Shown here piece by piece: positions 10,860-20,659 of a DNA stretch of 64,000 nucleotides. The notes below the pieces were generated by a model, which ran no database searches, was not told the DNA's origin, and was given only the letters and a program-made list of their open reading frames with translations. Source of the DNA: Thermoprotei archaeon (lineage in GTDB: Archaea; Thermoproteota; Thermoprotei; Thermoproteales; B15-G16); the NCBI GenBank assembly GCA_003649205.1, contig QMRC01000001.1, forward strand, positions 128,001-192,000, in the 5' to 3' direction. Positions within the stretch are counted from its first letter, which is position 1. The number at the start of each line of letters is the position of its first letter. Position numbers and translations under genes: made by a program.

Positions 10860-11325
10860 CTAGTTGTCGGTTTTCTGAGTTTAGGATTGACTACTGTGTC
10901 TTCAATTGCTGTACTAGCTTATTGGTTAGGTAGGAAATTTGCTCAAATAGATGCAAGGTTTTACCTCTTGAATCCAAAACTATGAGGTTAGGTATGGCAT
11001 TCGTCAATTACCAAGAATTCTTTGTTGAATTTCTTGCTAGTGAAGGTGTTATTAAAAAGGAGAGAGTGGACTTAGTTAAAGGTGAAGCTAGGGGACTTAT
11101 TGATCTAGCTCTTGCTAATCCATTAAGTAAGGAGGAGTGAAGAAGGATAAAGGAGCTTCTCGATAAGGATGAGTTAACTCTTGAGGAAGCCCTTGAGGTG
11201 AGAGACTTAGCCAGGAAGGTTATTTGGGAGTATGGTGATAGACCTGAGGCATGGAAACTACATGTCTACGCATGTATCATGGTTGGGTTAGCAATGAGGA
11301 AGAAGGCTGAGGGGAAGAGACAGTA
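10860..11325 (+). pseudogene. Crenarchaeal 'LAYWLGRK' (PaREP-like) family pseudogene; start approximate
   Basis: TTVSSIAVLAYWLGRKFAQIDARF, frameshift, then ANPLSKEE*RRIKELLDKDELTLEEA; similar to 62423..62886. Confidence 0.7.
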
Positions 11326-11342
11326 GAAGTGAGTATGGGATT

Positions 11343-11420
11343 TGGTGCCCCCGCCGGGATTTGAACCCGGGACCTCCCGGTTATCAGCCGGGCGCTATAA
11401 CCAGGCTAAGCTACGGGGGC
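11343..11420 (-). tRNA. tRNA-Ile(GAT)
   Basis: CCCGG-CTGATAA-CCGGG anticodon arm, encoded CCA. Confidence 0.95.
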
Positions 11421-11473
11421 GTTTCCGTACTTAGCTCTCGTTTGGGGTTTTTGTGATTTTCCACATCATGGCT

Positions 11474-11909
11474 TCATCTCCAGATCTGTCTCTCAACGCT
11501 TTTCCTTCTCGTTTCTGGTGGATCTGTTTTTAGCTTCCATATCCCTTCAGCAAAGTCGAATACCTGTATACCGAGTTTTCCAGCTAACTTATCGCTTATC
11601 AGTACTTCCTCCTCTATTGGTGAGATGACTAGGTCCACACATTGTTGATCCTGTACTTTGGTCTACCACTATACTTACCTCAACTTCATCGAGGAGTACG
11701 TAGTTTCTAATTGGGCCACCTGTTGTGAAGTAGTCTTTAGCTATGTAAGGTCTCGGTGGTGATGGCCATACACCTAGAAGCTCAGCTACTTTAGTAGGAA
11801 CGAGTAGTTCTGGTCTCTCAGTCTCGTAACCTGAATTAACTAGAGCATTTACTTCAAGTACCTTACCTGTACTCCTACTCCTTACCCTTAACTTCACTCT
11901 TATAGCCAT
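11474..11909 (-). pseudogene. Frameshifted retropepsin-like archaeal protein
   Basis: ALVNSGYE motif; C-terminus VDLVISPIEEEVLISDKLAGKLGIQVFDFAEGIWK continues in another frame after about 11640. Confidence 0.7.
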
Positions 11910-12045
11910 GTGCTCTACTCCTCAGCTCGATAGGGTATATCCTCCCAATTCTTGGTCTAAAGATCTCTCTAATGTGACCAATTCTCGACACGGTACTCAC
12001 CTATCTTCCCTAGCACTACTGGTACTGTACTGCTTTTAAAGCTAC

Positions 12046-12756
12046 TTACTTTGTGGACTTCACGCACTTAGCATATGTTGCACATAGATCTCTTGCAAAG
12101 CATTCACTACATCGTGGATTTCTAGCTTTACAGATAACTGCTGCGAAATCTAGCAGTGCTAGGTTTGCTCTCTTTGCATCAGGAAACATCTCAATAACTC
12201 TACTCAGCACATTGTGAACAAATTTAACGTGTTTTGGATTTTGTTGCTTTAGCTCAATACCGCTAATTCGTGAAATAACCCTAATTATGTTGGTGTCAAC
12301 TAGTGGGTCCTTGAAATTAAATGCCAGAACCCTCACAGCTCTAGCTACGTACTCACCAACCCCTGGAAGACTAAGTAATTCATTGAGTTCTCTAGGAACT
12401 TCACCACCATACCTCTCAACGAGTACTCTACCTAGTTCCTTCAATTCACGTGCTCTAGTATTGTGTAGACCAAGAGGTTGCAGTATCTTCCTCAATTCAT
12501 CTATGGATGCTAGGGCTAGAGCCTGTGGTGTTGGGTATCGTCTCACTAGCTCAAGGTAAACTGGAACCACCTTCTCACCTTGTGTTCTCCTCAGAAGTAG
12601 CTCAGCAACCAGGATCTTGTAGGGATCCTTCTCTACTCTCCAGGGTAATTCACGGTCTCTATTTAGAGAGATAGACCATGAGATAGCCCTCGTAATTAAT
12701 TCACATATACGACCTACTAAACCACAAACCCCCTGTAGCATAGACATTGTCAACAA
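12046..12756 (-). CDS. HhH-GPD DNA glycosylase (MIG/MutY/Nth family)
   Basis: ELLLRRT, LPGVGEY HhH, VDTN catalytic Asp, C-x6-C-x2-C-x5-C Fe-S motif. Confidence 0.9.
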   Translation of the reverse strand: MLTMSMLQGVCGLVGRICELITRAISWSISLNRDRELPWRVEKDPYKILVAELLLRRTQGEKVVPVYLELVRRYPTPQALALASIDELRKILQPLGLHNTRARELKELGRVLVERYGGEVPRELNELLSLPGVGEYVARAVRVLAFNFKDPLVDTNIIRVISRISGIELKQQNPKHVKFVHNVLSRVIEMFPDAKRANLALLDFAAVICKARNPRCSECFARDLCATYAKCVKSTK

Positions 12757-12907
12757 CTAAATGAACTATTTGATGAATCTAGCTTATTAATCGTTTCATA
12801 GATGAAGTTTATTTTTATGTCTAATCACACGAAAGGCACAATACTTGAAATTAGAACACTTTGTCATATAACAAATAGAGTATATAAAGTAGTAGTTTGG
12901 ATGTATT

Positions 12908-14887
12908 TTACCGCAGAAGATTTCTGATGTCTTCGGGAAGGGATTCAATATCGATACCCAGCTTTATTAATGTTTCCTTTTTTGGTAATCCTGTTTCAAG
13001 ATCCCAACCACGTTCATCATAGTAATCATCTTGAATTCTATGCAAGTCATCTGTAGTTAGCTGAATTATTCCATAGTAATCTCTCAATTCGATAATTCCC
13101 TCTGGAGTATTCATGGGTCTAAGCCATGTTTTTGGAACTTTATCATCCTCTCTTGTAAATCCTTCACGTGCATTGAGTAATCTATAGAGGTTAAATGCTC
13201 TCTCTCCACATCTCAGTAATTCTTCAGCGCTAATTTCTTTTCCAGTGGCTGCTGAATAGGCTTCAGCTAAGTCATCTATTCCAAAGAAGCCGAAGAATGT
13301 ATACATTGAGCACGTACCGAGACTGTTGTGAACCATCATTCCATCTTCCATGTATTTCGTGTACCTACCAACGTTAAATGCTCCACTATATGGTGTGAAC
13401 TGGAATATTTGTTCAAGTCTATCTTTAGGAATCCCCCAATGTTCAAACTGCTCCCTAATCTCTTTAAGTGGTCGTAATACTTGTGCTGTTTTTGTATGGC
13501 AACCCCCGTGATGAGGCCTTGGATTGACAACGAATGTGAACATTAGTGGATGTAATCTAGCAGGTCTAGCATCGTATATGAAATCAACGCCTTTATTTAT
13601 ACCTGCATACCAGTATTCCTGTGGATCTAGACCATATTTTTCTGCAACTCCAAGCCATCCTTCAGCTAGATCATTACCTACTCCCTTTCTTTCTATAACT
13701 TCATAGAATAACCTTAAGTAGCAATTCCAGTCTCTCCTTATTTCCTCACCTAGCTTATCTTTTGGAATTGCTCCCTCTACGACCTTCTTTGTAAAGAAAT
13801 CTACTAACCTAGTAAATGTATAGTAGTCTAGACCTTCTCTATTAGCTAGACAGACAAGGTATATCATCTTATTATAGTCCTCTATACCCCATAACATAGC
13901 ACTTGTTGCACTTTTACCATAAGGTGATCCTAACCCCCACCATCCCGCGTAATCACCTGTCTTTATCCTCCACTTTATTCTGCATGCAATCAAACATGTT
14001 GGACAAGCATATGTTCTCTCTAGAGTCTCGAGTCTCTTCTCTTCTCCGCACAATCTATCCCATTTATCCTTAGGCCATATACCGGGGTATTGTGTATGTT
14101 TAAATGTTCTCCAACCCGCACCCATACCGAGCTTTATCCAATGTGGTCTATACGACCATTCCATTATTCTCCTTCTAACCTCTAAGACCTTCTTCATAAA
14201 TCTATCAGGGTCGGCTACTGTAATACCTTTTCTAGATCCCTTAACAACTATTGCTTTCAATTTCTTGGATCCAAATATAGCTCCTACTCCATTCCTTCCT
14301 AAGCTATCTCTTTTATCAACAATTGCCATAGCGTATCTAACTAGATGCTCTCCGGCTTTCCCTATAGCTACTACTGAGGCACACTTATTGTGTCTTCGTC
14401 TAAGCTCGTCCGTAGTTTCGTAGATATTCTTCTTACCCCAAAGATCTGAGGCATCATGTATTTCAATATCGTTATCAATTATTTTAAGGTAAACAGGCTC
14501 CTCGGAAGCCCCTGTAATAACAAGTCCATCGTATCCAGCAAGTTTGAGTTCAAGTCCGAGGTTTCCACCAACTACAGACACTGCTATGAAGTGTTTGTAC
14601 TTACCATCTTTCTTACCTGCAATAATTGGTAATTTAGTGAGAGCAATGGTTTTAGTTGCGCTTGGAAACGGTGTTCCAACGAGAGCCCCAGTAAATATAA
14701 TTAACGGATTTTTAGCAGAGAATGGGTCTATTCCTGGAGGTATCATGTCTATTGCAAGTCTAATGGCATAACCCGCACCTCCAATGTACTTGTCTACTAT
14801 TGTGTGGTCTATCGATGTTTCCTTTATCTTCTTTTCTGTTAAATCAACCCAGAGGATTTTCCCCGCGTATAAGTGCATGATTCTCAC
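12908..14887 (-). CDS. aor: Aldehyde:ferredoxin oxidoreductase family (W/Mo)
   Basis: LKLAGYDG, GRNGVGAIFGSKKLKAI, CPTCLIAC, FNxREG-like motif, YYDERGWD. Confidence 0.92.
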   Translation of the reverse strand: MRIMHLYAGKILWVDLTEKKIKETSIDHTIVDKYIGGAGYAIRLAIDMIPPGIDPFSAKNPLIIFTGALVGTPFPSATKTIALTKLPIIAGKKDGKYKHFIAVSVVGGNLGLELKLAGYDGLVITGASEEPVYLKIIDNDIEIHDASDLWGKKNIYETTDELRRRHNKCASVVAIGKAGEHLVRYAMAIVDKRDSLGRNGVGAIFGSKKLKAIVVKGSRKGITVADPDRFMKKVLEVRRRIMEWSYRPHWIKLGMGAGWRTFKHTQYPGIWPKDKWDRLCGEEKRLETLERTYACPTCLIACRIKWRIKTGDYAGWWGLGSPYGKSATSAMLWGIEDYNKMIYLVCLANREGLDYYTFTRLVDFFTKKVVEGAIPKDKLGEEIRRDWNCYLRLFYEVIERKGVGNDLAEGWLGVAEKYGLDPQEYWYAGINKGVDFIYDARPARLHPLMFTFVVNPRPHHGGCHTKTAQVLRPLKEIREQFEHWGIPKDRLEQIFQFTPYSGAFNVGRYTKYMEDGMMVHNSLGTCSMYTFFGFFGIDDLAEAYSAATGKEISAEELLRCGERAFNLYRLLNAREGFTREDDKVPKTWLRPMNTPEGIIELRDYYGIIQLTTDDLHRIQDDYYDERGWDLETGLPKKETLIKLGIDIESLPEDIRNLLR

Positions 14888-14898
14888 CTCAAACCATT

Positions 14899-15123
14899 TT
14901 ACTCATATCGGAGAGCACCATATGGACAAGACTCTACACATTTAAGACATGAATCACATCCGTCTAGTATTTCTGCGTGTGGATTTCCTTCTTCATCTTC
15001 GTATATGCGTATGAAGGCCTTGCTAGGATTGAACTCGTGGAAGTGGTGGAAGGAACACATGAATTGACAAGTCCTACATATTCTGCAATTTTCCGGAACG
15101 AATATTATTCTTTTCTGACTCAT
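14899..15123 (-). CDS. 4Fe-4S ferredoxin-like protein
   Basis: CRICRTCQFMC and CDSCLKCVESCP. Confidence 0.88.
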   Translation of the reverse strand: MSQKRIIFVPENCRICRTCQFMCSFHHFHEFNPSKAFIRIYEDEEGNPHAEILDGCDSCLKCVESCPYGALRYE

Positions 15124-15839
15124 CTTTCACCCTCCATCATCTTCTTATATTCCTCTATTATTTCTACACCAGAACTGGTACCTATTCTATCCGCTCCCGC
15201 TTCTATTACTTCCAGTGCTTGTTTTGCTGTCCTTATACCGCCAGCAGCTTTTATTTTGACTCTATTCCCTACTATTGACTTAATGAACCTCACATCTTCT
15301 GCCGTTGTTGGCCTCCACTTGTGGAATCCTTTGAATCCCGTTGAAGTTTTTATGTAGTGTACTCCAGCCTCAATAGCTAGTTCACAAGCTATTTTTATCT
15401 CCTCTTTAGTGAGGTATGGTACTTCGATAATTGCCTTTACTATGCGGCCTTTAGCAGCTTCTACTATTTTTTTAAGTTCTTCTCTTACTTCATCTATTTT
15501 ACCACTTTTTAAGGCACCTTTATTCAAGACAAAGTCTATTTCTACTTCATCAGCTCCATCCTTGATTGCTCTTTCAACTTCAAGTACCTTAAGCTCTATA
15601 GGAACTGTACCAAGAGGAAATCCTATTGCTGCTGTGATTTTCACTCCTGTTCCCTTGAGGATTTCTCTAGCAAGAGGTATCATCGCTGGATAAATTGCAA
15701 CAGATGCGAATCTGTACTTTTTTGCGTTTAGGAGGAATTTTATAAATTCATCTTCGCTGTCTGGAACAATTTTGAGGTATGTTTGATCTATTCTTTTCGC
15801 AAGTTCTTCCACAGACAGCTTGATCACTTTACTATTCAC
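15120..15839 (-). CDS. deoC: Deoxyribose-phosphate aldolase
   Basis: GFPLG, IKTSTGF (Schiff-base Lys), IKAAGGIR, RIGTSS. Confidence 0.92.
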   Translation of the reverse strand: MNSKVIKLSVEELAKRIDQTYLKIVPDSEDEFIKFLLNAKKYRFASVAIYPAMIPLAREILKGTGVKITAAIGFPLGTVPIELKVLEVERAIKDGADEVEIDFVLNKGALKSGKIDEVREELKKIVEAAKGRIVKAIIEVPYLTKEEIKIACELAIEAGVHYIKTSTGFKGFHKWRPTTAEDVRFIKSIVGNRVKIKAAGGIRTAKQALEVIEAGADRIGTSSGVEIIEEYKKMMEGER

Positions 15840-16617
15840 CTCTTAGCTTTGATTTAGGATCTTCCTTAATCAATCTAATTACCCTTTCATATAAAAGTTC
15901 CTTTTTCTCCTCTGATAATGCTTCCCACGCTTTCTCGAGAGTATTGAAGACATCTTCTGGTGTGCTTGTTGCAATTCTATCGGCACCCGCTTCCAGCATG
16001 CTAAGAGCTATTTCAGCATTTCTAACACCGCCTGCAGCCATAACCTTTATTTTATCTCCGTAATTATCCTTGATAATCTTCACATGCTCAGGTAGCGTCT
16101 TTAACCCATAGCCGCTATTGGTTTTTATGAAATGAGCACCGGCCTCAATAGCGATCTTTGTAAATAGTTTTATTTCTTCAGGAGTCAGGAATGCTGTTTG
16201 TGGAATTACTTTGACAATTACGTTCTCGGATTCAGCTATCTTAACTATTCTTCTAATTTCCTCCTTTAACAGATCGTACTGACCAAACTTAAAGTAGTAC
16301 ATATTTACAGCAACGTCAAGCTCATTAGCTCCTTGCTCAATAGCCCATTTAGCTTGTTCAACTTTAATATCTGTTGGTATTCCTCCAGTAGGGTATGCGA
16401 TTGGTGCTACTACATCAATTTTTGTGCCTTTAAGCAGTTTCACAGCAAGAGGTATGTAGTATAGATCTACAGCTATTGCTGCATATGGATACTTCTTATG
16501 GTGTTCAATGAATTTTCTGACTTCCTCTTCAGTAGTATCGGGTTCTATCAGTGAGGTATCCATTATTCTAGCTAGGAGATCTACCGTGAGTTTATATTTA
16601 CTCCCCATAACGTACAC
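15832..16617 (-). CDS. Divergent DeoC-family aldolase
   Basis: YPTG, IKTNSGY, VMAAGGVR, RIATST. Confidence 0.88.
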   Translation of the reverse strand: MYVMGSKYKLTVDLLARIMDTSLIEPDTTEEEVRKFIEHHKKYPYAAIAVDLYYIPLAVKLLKGTKIDVVAPIAYPTGGIPTDIKVEQAKWAIEQGANELDVAVNMYYFKFGQYDLLKEEIRRIVKIAESENVIVKVIPQTAFLTPEEIKLFTKIAIEAGAHFIKTNSGYGLKTLPEHVKIIKDNYGDKIKVMAAGGVRNAEIALSMLEAGADRIATSTPEDVFNTLEKAWEALSEEKKELLYERVIRLIKEDPKSKLRGE

Positions 16618-16701
16618 CCGAATGGGCTGTCTAGCTGTTAATAGTTGTGTGAAAAGGGTAGTTAAAGAAATATATGTGGATTTCTATCTTTGTCAACAAA
16701 G

Positions 16702-18261
16702 TTAGAAGATGTTGTACTTTAGTCCTACTTCAAATAGTTGCTTATAAATGGAATCGAGTGTTCTCCAGATGTTCTTATACACTTTGTATATCTCAGTGTA
16801 TATTTTGTGTGCTTCTGAATCAGGCTTCTCTACTGCTATATCTCTTATTAATTTTTCAACAATGCTGTAATCCTTGTAAATACCTACGCCAATACCAGCG
16901 GCAACTGCTGCAGCTAGGCAGTTTGCTTCTTGGAGTAGTTCTGGAACAAGTAGTTCTACTCCTAAGACATCTGCCATAATTTTTCTCCAGGTAGCATTTT
17001 GTGCACTACCACCTATTAACCTAATGAGTTCGATTTTTGCACCTTCTTCTCTGAAGATTTCTATGATTTCTCTCATTGTTAATGCTACTCCCTCCATTAT
17101 TGCTCTTATGAAGTGTTCTTTTCTATGGGCTAGCGTTAGGTTGAGGAAGCCTCCCTTTATGTAGCTCTTGTTGTGTGGTGCACCTCCACCCATTAGGTAC
17201 GGGAGAAATACTAGACCCCCACTTCCAATAGGTACTTGTTCAGCTTTAATCTGGATAACGTCATATATGCTGATACCAGCTCTCTCAGCTCCTTCCTTTT
17301 CTGATATCAGAAAATGCTCAATAAACCAGTCAATACTAGCTGAACCGCTGTGAGTGAATTGATGAGGAGTGTACTTTCCAGGTATCATGCTACATAACGT
17401 ACATATGCGGTACTGTGGACTTATCATTGGGGAGTTTGTGAATATCCCAGACCAGAAGGCTGTACCAGTACATATGTATGAGATACCCTCTTTGACAACG
17501 CCAGCACCGACTGCTGCAGCTGGTACGTCACCAGCACCCGCTACTACTGGTGTTCCTGGTTTTAGACCTGTTACTTTAGCAGCTTCATCAGTTACATAAC
17601 CGACAACATCATGAGACTCATAGAGATCAGGAAGCTTATCCATATCAATTCCCATGAATGAAACGACCTCTTCGTCCCATGTGCGCTTGTGAATATTGAG
17701 CATTCCGGTGTTTGATGCGTCAGTGTAGTCACTTGCTATCTTACCAGTTAATTTAAGCCTAATGTAATCCTTACATTGGATGAACTTATGTGTCTTCTCG
17801 TATATTTCGGAAAGATGCTTCTTTATCCATGCTATTTTAACAAGTGGATACATAGGTACAGCCATGCCAGAACCTGTTCTCTTGTAAAATTCTTCCCATC
17901 CAAAGTTTTTCTCAAGATGCTCACTTTCCTCAACAGCTCTCATGTCTTCCCATATAATGACTCTCTTCATTAAGAGATTACCTTCTTTATCTACAGGAAC
18001 AGCACCCATCATTTGTCCACTGAATGATATGGCTGCAATTTTTTCAGGTGGTATCTTCGTTTTCCTTAGGATATTCCTCGTAGACTCAACAACAGCCACC
18101 CACCATTCTTCAGGGCTCTGTTCGACCCATTGGGGTCTTACGTAATAGGTATTGTAACGTCTATACTCACGTGCAATAGCTCTTCCCTCGGTGTTGAATA
18201 GTACTGCTTTAACACCAGAGGTGCCAAGATCGTAAACTAGAAAATATTCCTTCTCTACCAT
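16702..18261 (-). CDS. FGGY-family carbohydrate kinase (xylulokinase-like)
   Basis: DLGTSGVK, SGQM, GAGD, FLPYLMG, MEGVA. Confidence 0.92.
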   Translation of the reverse strand: MVEKEYFLVYDLGTSGVKAVLFNTEGRAIAREYRRYNTYYVRPQWVEQSPEEWWVAVVESTRNILRKTKIPPEKIAAISFSGQMMGAVPVDKEGNLLMKRVIIWEDMRAVEESEHLEKNFGWEEFYKRTGSGMAVPMYPLVKIAWIKKHLSEIYEKTHKFIQCKDYIRLKLTGKIASDYTDASNTGMLNIHKRTWDEEVVSFMGIDMDKLPDLYESHDVVGYVTDEAAKVTGLKPGTPVVAGAGDVPAAAVGAGVVKEGISYICTGTAFWSGIFTNSPMISPQYRICTLCSMIPGKYTPHQFTHSGSASIDWFIEHFLISEKEGAERAGISIYDVIQIKAEQVPIGSGGLVFLPYLMGGGAPHNKSYIKGGFLNLTLAHRKEHFIRAIMEGVALTMREIIEIFREEGAKIELIRLIGGSAQNATWRKIMADVLGVELLVPELLQEANCLAAAVAAGIGVGIYKDYSIVEKLIRDIAVEKPDSEAHKIYTEIYKVYKNIWRTLDSIYKQLFEVGLKYNIF

Positions 18262-18275
18262 ATTTACTCACCTCC

Positions 18276-19853
18276 TTAAATTGTACTCAACTTATTAAAG
18301 ATTTCATTTAAGTTCCTGAATGATGACTTGAAGAGTTCATATAGCTTCTCATATATCTCCACGTTTTCTGGTGTGGGCTCAACAACTTTCTTTATCTTAA
18401 CGACCCTTTCTGCGGCCTCCTCATAGGATTTCCATAGGCCTACACCAATACCTCCCATGATTGCTGCTCCAATAGCTGTTGTGTCTTGAGGATTCTCTAG
18501 TACGATCATCTTCATGTTTAGAATATCTGCATGAATTTGCACCCATAGGTCACTTAGAGCGCCGCCTCCTATTGTCCTAAACTCTCCCCACTTACGTAGT
18601 GGTATGCCTGCTTCTTCGAACTGCTCAACTAACCATTTGAATGCAAAAGCTACTCCTTCGAGTACAGCTCTGTAGAAGTCAGCCCTCTTTGTATGTAGGG
18701 ACGTTATGCCTATAAATGCTCCTCTTGCATTAGGATTCCAGTGTGGACCTCCACCACCTGCAATGTATGGGATGAATATTAATCCACCACATCCAGGTTT
18801 AACTTCTCTAGCCTTTGATTCATAGACATCAAGAACTTTTATTCCTAAATTGCTTAGGATGCTTTCCTCTATACCTAGGAATGTGCTCTTAAACCAATCG
18901 ACTGATAGACCTCCTGCAGATATGTATGAGAACGGCGTGTACTTACCTGGAATCGCTGATAAGAAGTTGTTTATACGTGCCTTTGGGTCTAGTATCGGCT
19001 CATGAGAAAATGCTGCTAGCTGACTTGCTGTACCGATGTAGCAATAGGCTGTTCTCTCTTTGACAACGCCAGCACCCACCGCTGCGCAAATGCTATCACC
19101 TGATCCTGCTACTACTGGTGTTCCTGGTTTTAGACCTGTTACTTTAGCAGCTTCATCAGTTACATAACCGACAACATCATGAGACTCATAGAGATCAGGA
19201 AGCTTATCCATATCAATTCCTGCTGCTTCAAGGATTTCCTCAGAGTACTTTCTCTTCCTTACGTCTAGCCATCCCGTGTTTGAAGCTCCACCGTAGTCAC
19301 CTACGAACTTTCCTGTTAGCTTAAGTATTATGTAGTCCCACGTTTGTAGGAACTTGTATGTTCTGTTGTAGACTTCAGGTTCATTTTCCTTTAACCACAT
19401 TACTTTGGATATAGAGAGCATGCCTAGTGGGTGGCCGAGACCATGAATCTTGTAGAAATTCTCGTAACCTCCTAGCTTCTCTACAAGCTTCTTTCCTTGT
19501 TCTTCTGCTCTCAAATCCGCCCAAATCATTACGTACTTACGTACAACTCTACCTTCTTTATCTACGGGGACACATCCAGGGAAGTGCCCACTGAATGATA
19601 TGGCTGCAATTTTTTCAGGTGGTATCTTCGTTTTCCTTAGGATATTCCTCGTAGACTCAACAACAGCCACCCACCAGTCCTCGGGACACTGCTCAACCCA
19701 TAGGGGTCTAGGACGGTATGTTGGGTATGGTCTGAACTCTGAAGCAACAAGGTTACCCTCACTGTCTACTAGGACTGCTTTATCACCTGAGGTACCAAGG
19801 TCATGTGTTAAGATATATATCTCGTCCTTTCGAGGACTGGCCATCTCTACCAT
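18276..19853 (-). CDS. FGGY-family carbohydrate kinase, second paralog
   Basis: DLGTSGDK, GSGD, FIPYIAG, LEGVA, GGGA. Confidence 0.92.
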   Translation of the reverse strand: MVEMASPRKDEIYILTHDLGTSGDKAVLVDSEGNLVASEFRPYPTYRPRPLWVEQCPEDWWVAVVESTRNILRKTKIPPEKIAAISFSGHFPGCVPVDKEGRVVRKYVMIWADLRAEEQGKKLVEKLGGYENFYKIHGLGHPLGMLSISKVMWLKENEPEVYNRTYKFLQTWDYIILKLTGKFVGDYGGASNTGWLDVRKRKYSEEILEAAGIDMDKLPDLYESHDVVGYVTDEAAKVTGLKPGTPVVAGSGDSICAAVGAGVVKERTAYCYIGTASQLAAFSHEPILDPKARINNFLSAIPGKYTPFSYISAGGLSVDWFKSTFLGIEESILSNLGIKVLDVYESKAREVKPGCGGLIFIPYIAGGGGPHWNPNARGAFIGITSLHTKRADFYRAVLEGVAFAFKWLVEQFEEAGIPLRKWGEFRTIGGGALSDLWVQIHADILNMKMIVLENPQDTTAIGAAIMGGIGVGLWKSYEEAAERVVKIKKVVEPTPENVEIYEKLYELFKSSFRNLNEIFNKLSTI

Positions 19854-19904
19854 CCCGTATACTACTTTCTTTTCATGTACTGAATCTTACGGATATATAA
19901 AGAT

Positions 19905-19933
19905 TTTCGTTTCTACTATAAAAAGAGACGAAA
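19905..19933. promoter_or_regulatory. Imperfect inverted repeat just upstream of the TATA box of the kinase operon
   Basis: TTTCGTTTCT-N9-AGAGACGAAA (9/10); minus-strand TTTATATA at about 19894-19901. Confidence 0.45.
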
Positions 19934-20659
19934 TTCGCATGATTTACATAGTTCTCACATGACTGTTTCTGTATAATTTGATAACTTTTCAATTTCATCA
20001 ATTAATCATTAGTATTCCTCTAGTTTCTCTTTAGTAGTATATGCTGTGTTACATCTAAATATCAATATACGGTTCTATCTGCTCCCTTTAGCATCTAAAT
20101 GTAATTATTGTTCAATTCTTTCACCACTATAGCTCGTGTATTAGGTATTGGCTATAATAAGGAACCTTTCAAGGAGTAATACCTGCTGTTCAAGCACTCT
20201 CTGAGGAGAGTACACATTGATGTTGAAATCGAAACTATCAAAACTATACCATTAAGCAAAACTATTCTAATTGAGTTGAGAATGAAGTGTAGGATTGAAT
20301 GTTTGTTAATGTTGCCTACATAAACACTGTTACTAGATACCGAACATTACTAGAATGTGGTTTTTAAAGGTATATGATTTTAGCTTAGGAATGAATATCT
20401 GCTGAGAAGTAAGTCATTAAAGTTATTGATAAGGTGCTAAAATATAACATGACACACTTACATTAGATTGATTACCACAACAAAGATCATAATAACGACG
20501 TAGTTGTGCTTACAGATCTCGGTAACTATTTTTGTACTATGTAATAACTTTTTAACTAACTTTAATTAACACTTATTAGCAAAAGAAAAATTGAAAAATT
20601 TTTAAATAAAAGTGGCTCTACAACCAGTTACCGATCAGGTTAATAAGGGGTATACGGAT

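Noticed and set aside
20100-20300. Possible further EIIB remnant upstream of ulaA
   Set aside because: Only a faint resemblance (VLGIG, IDVEIETI); too degraded to support
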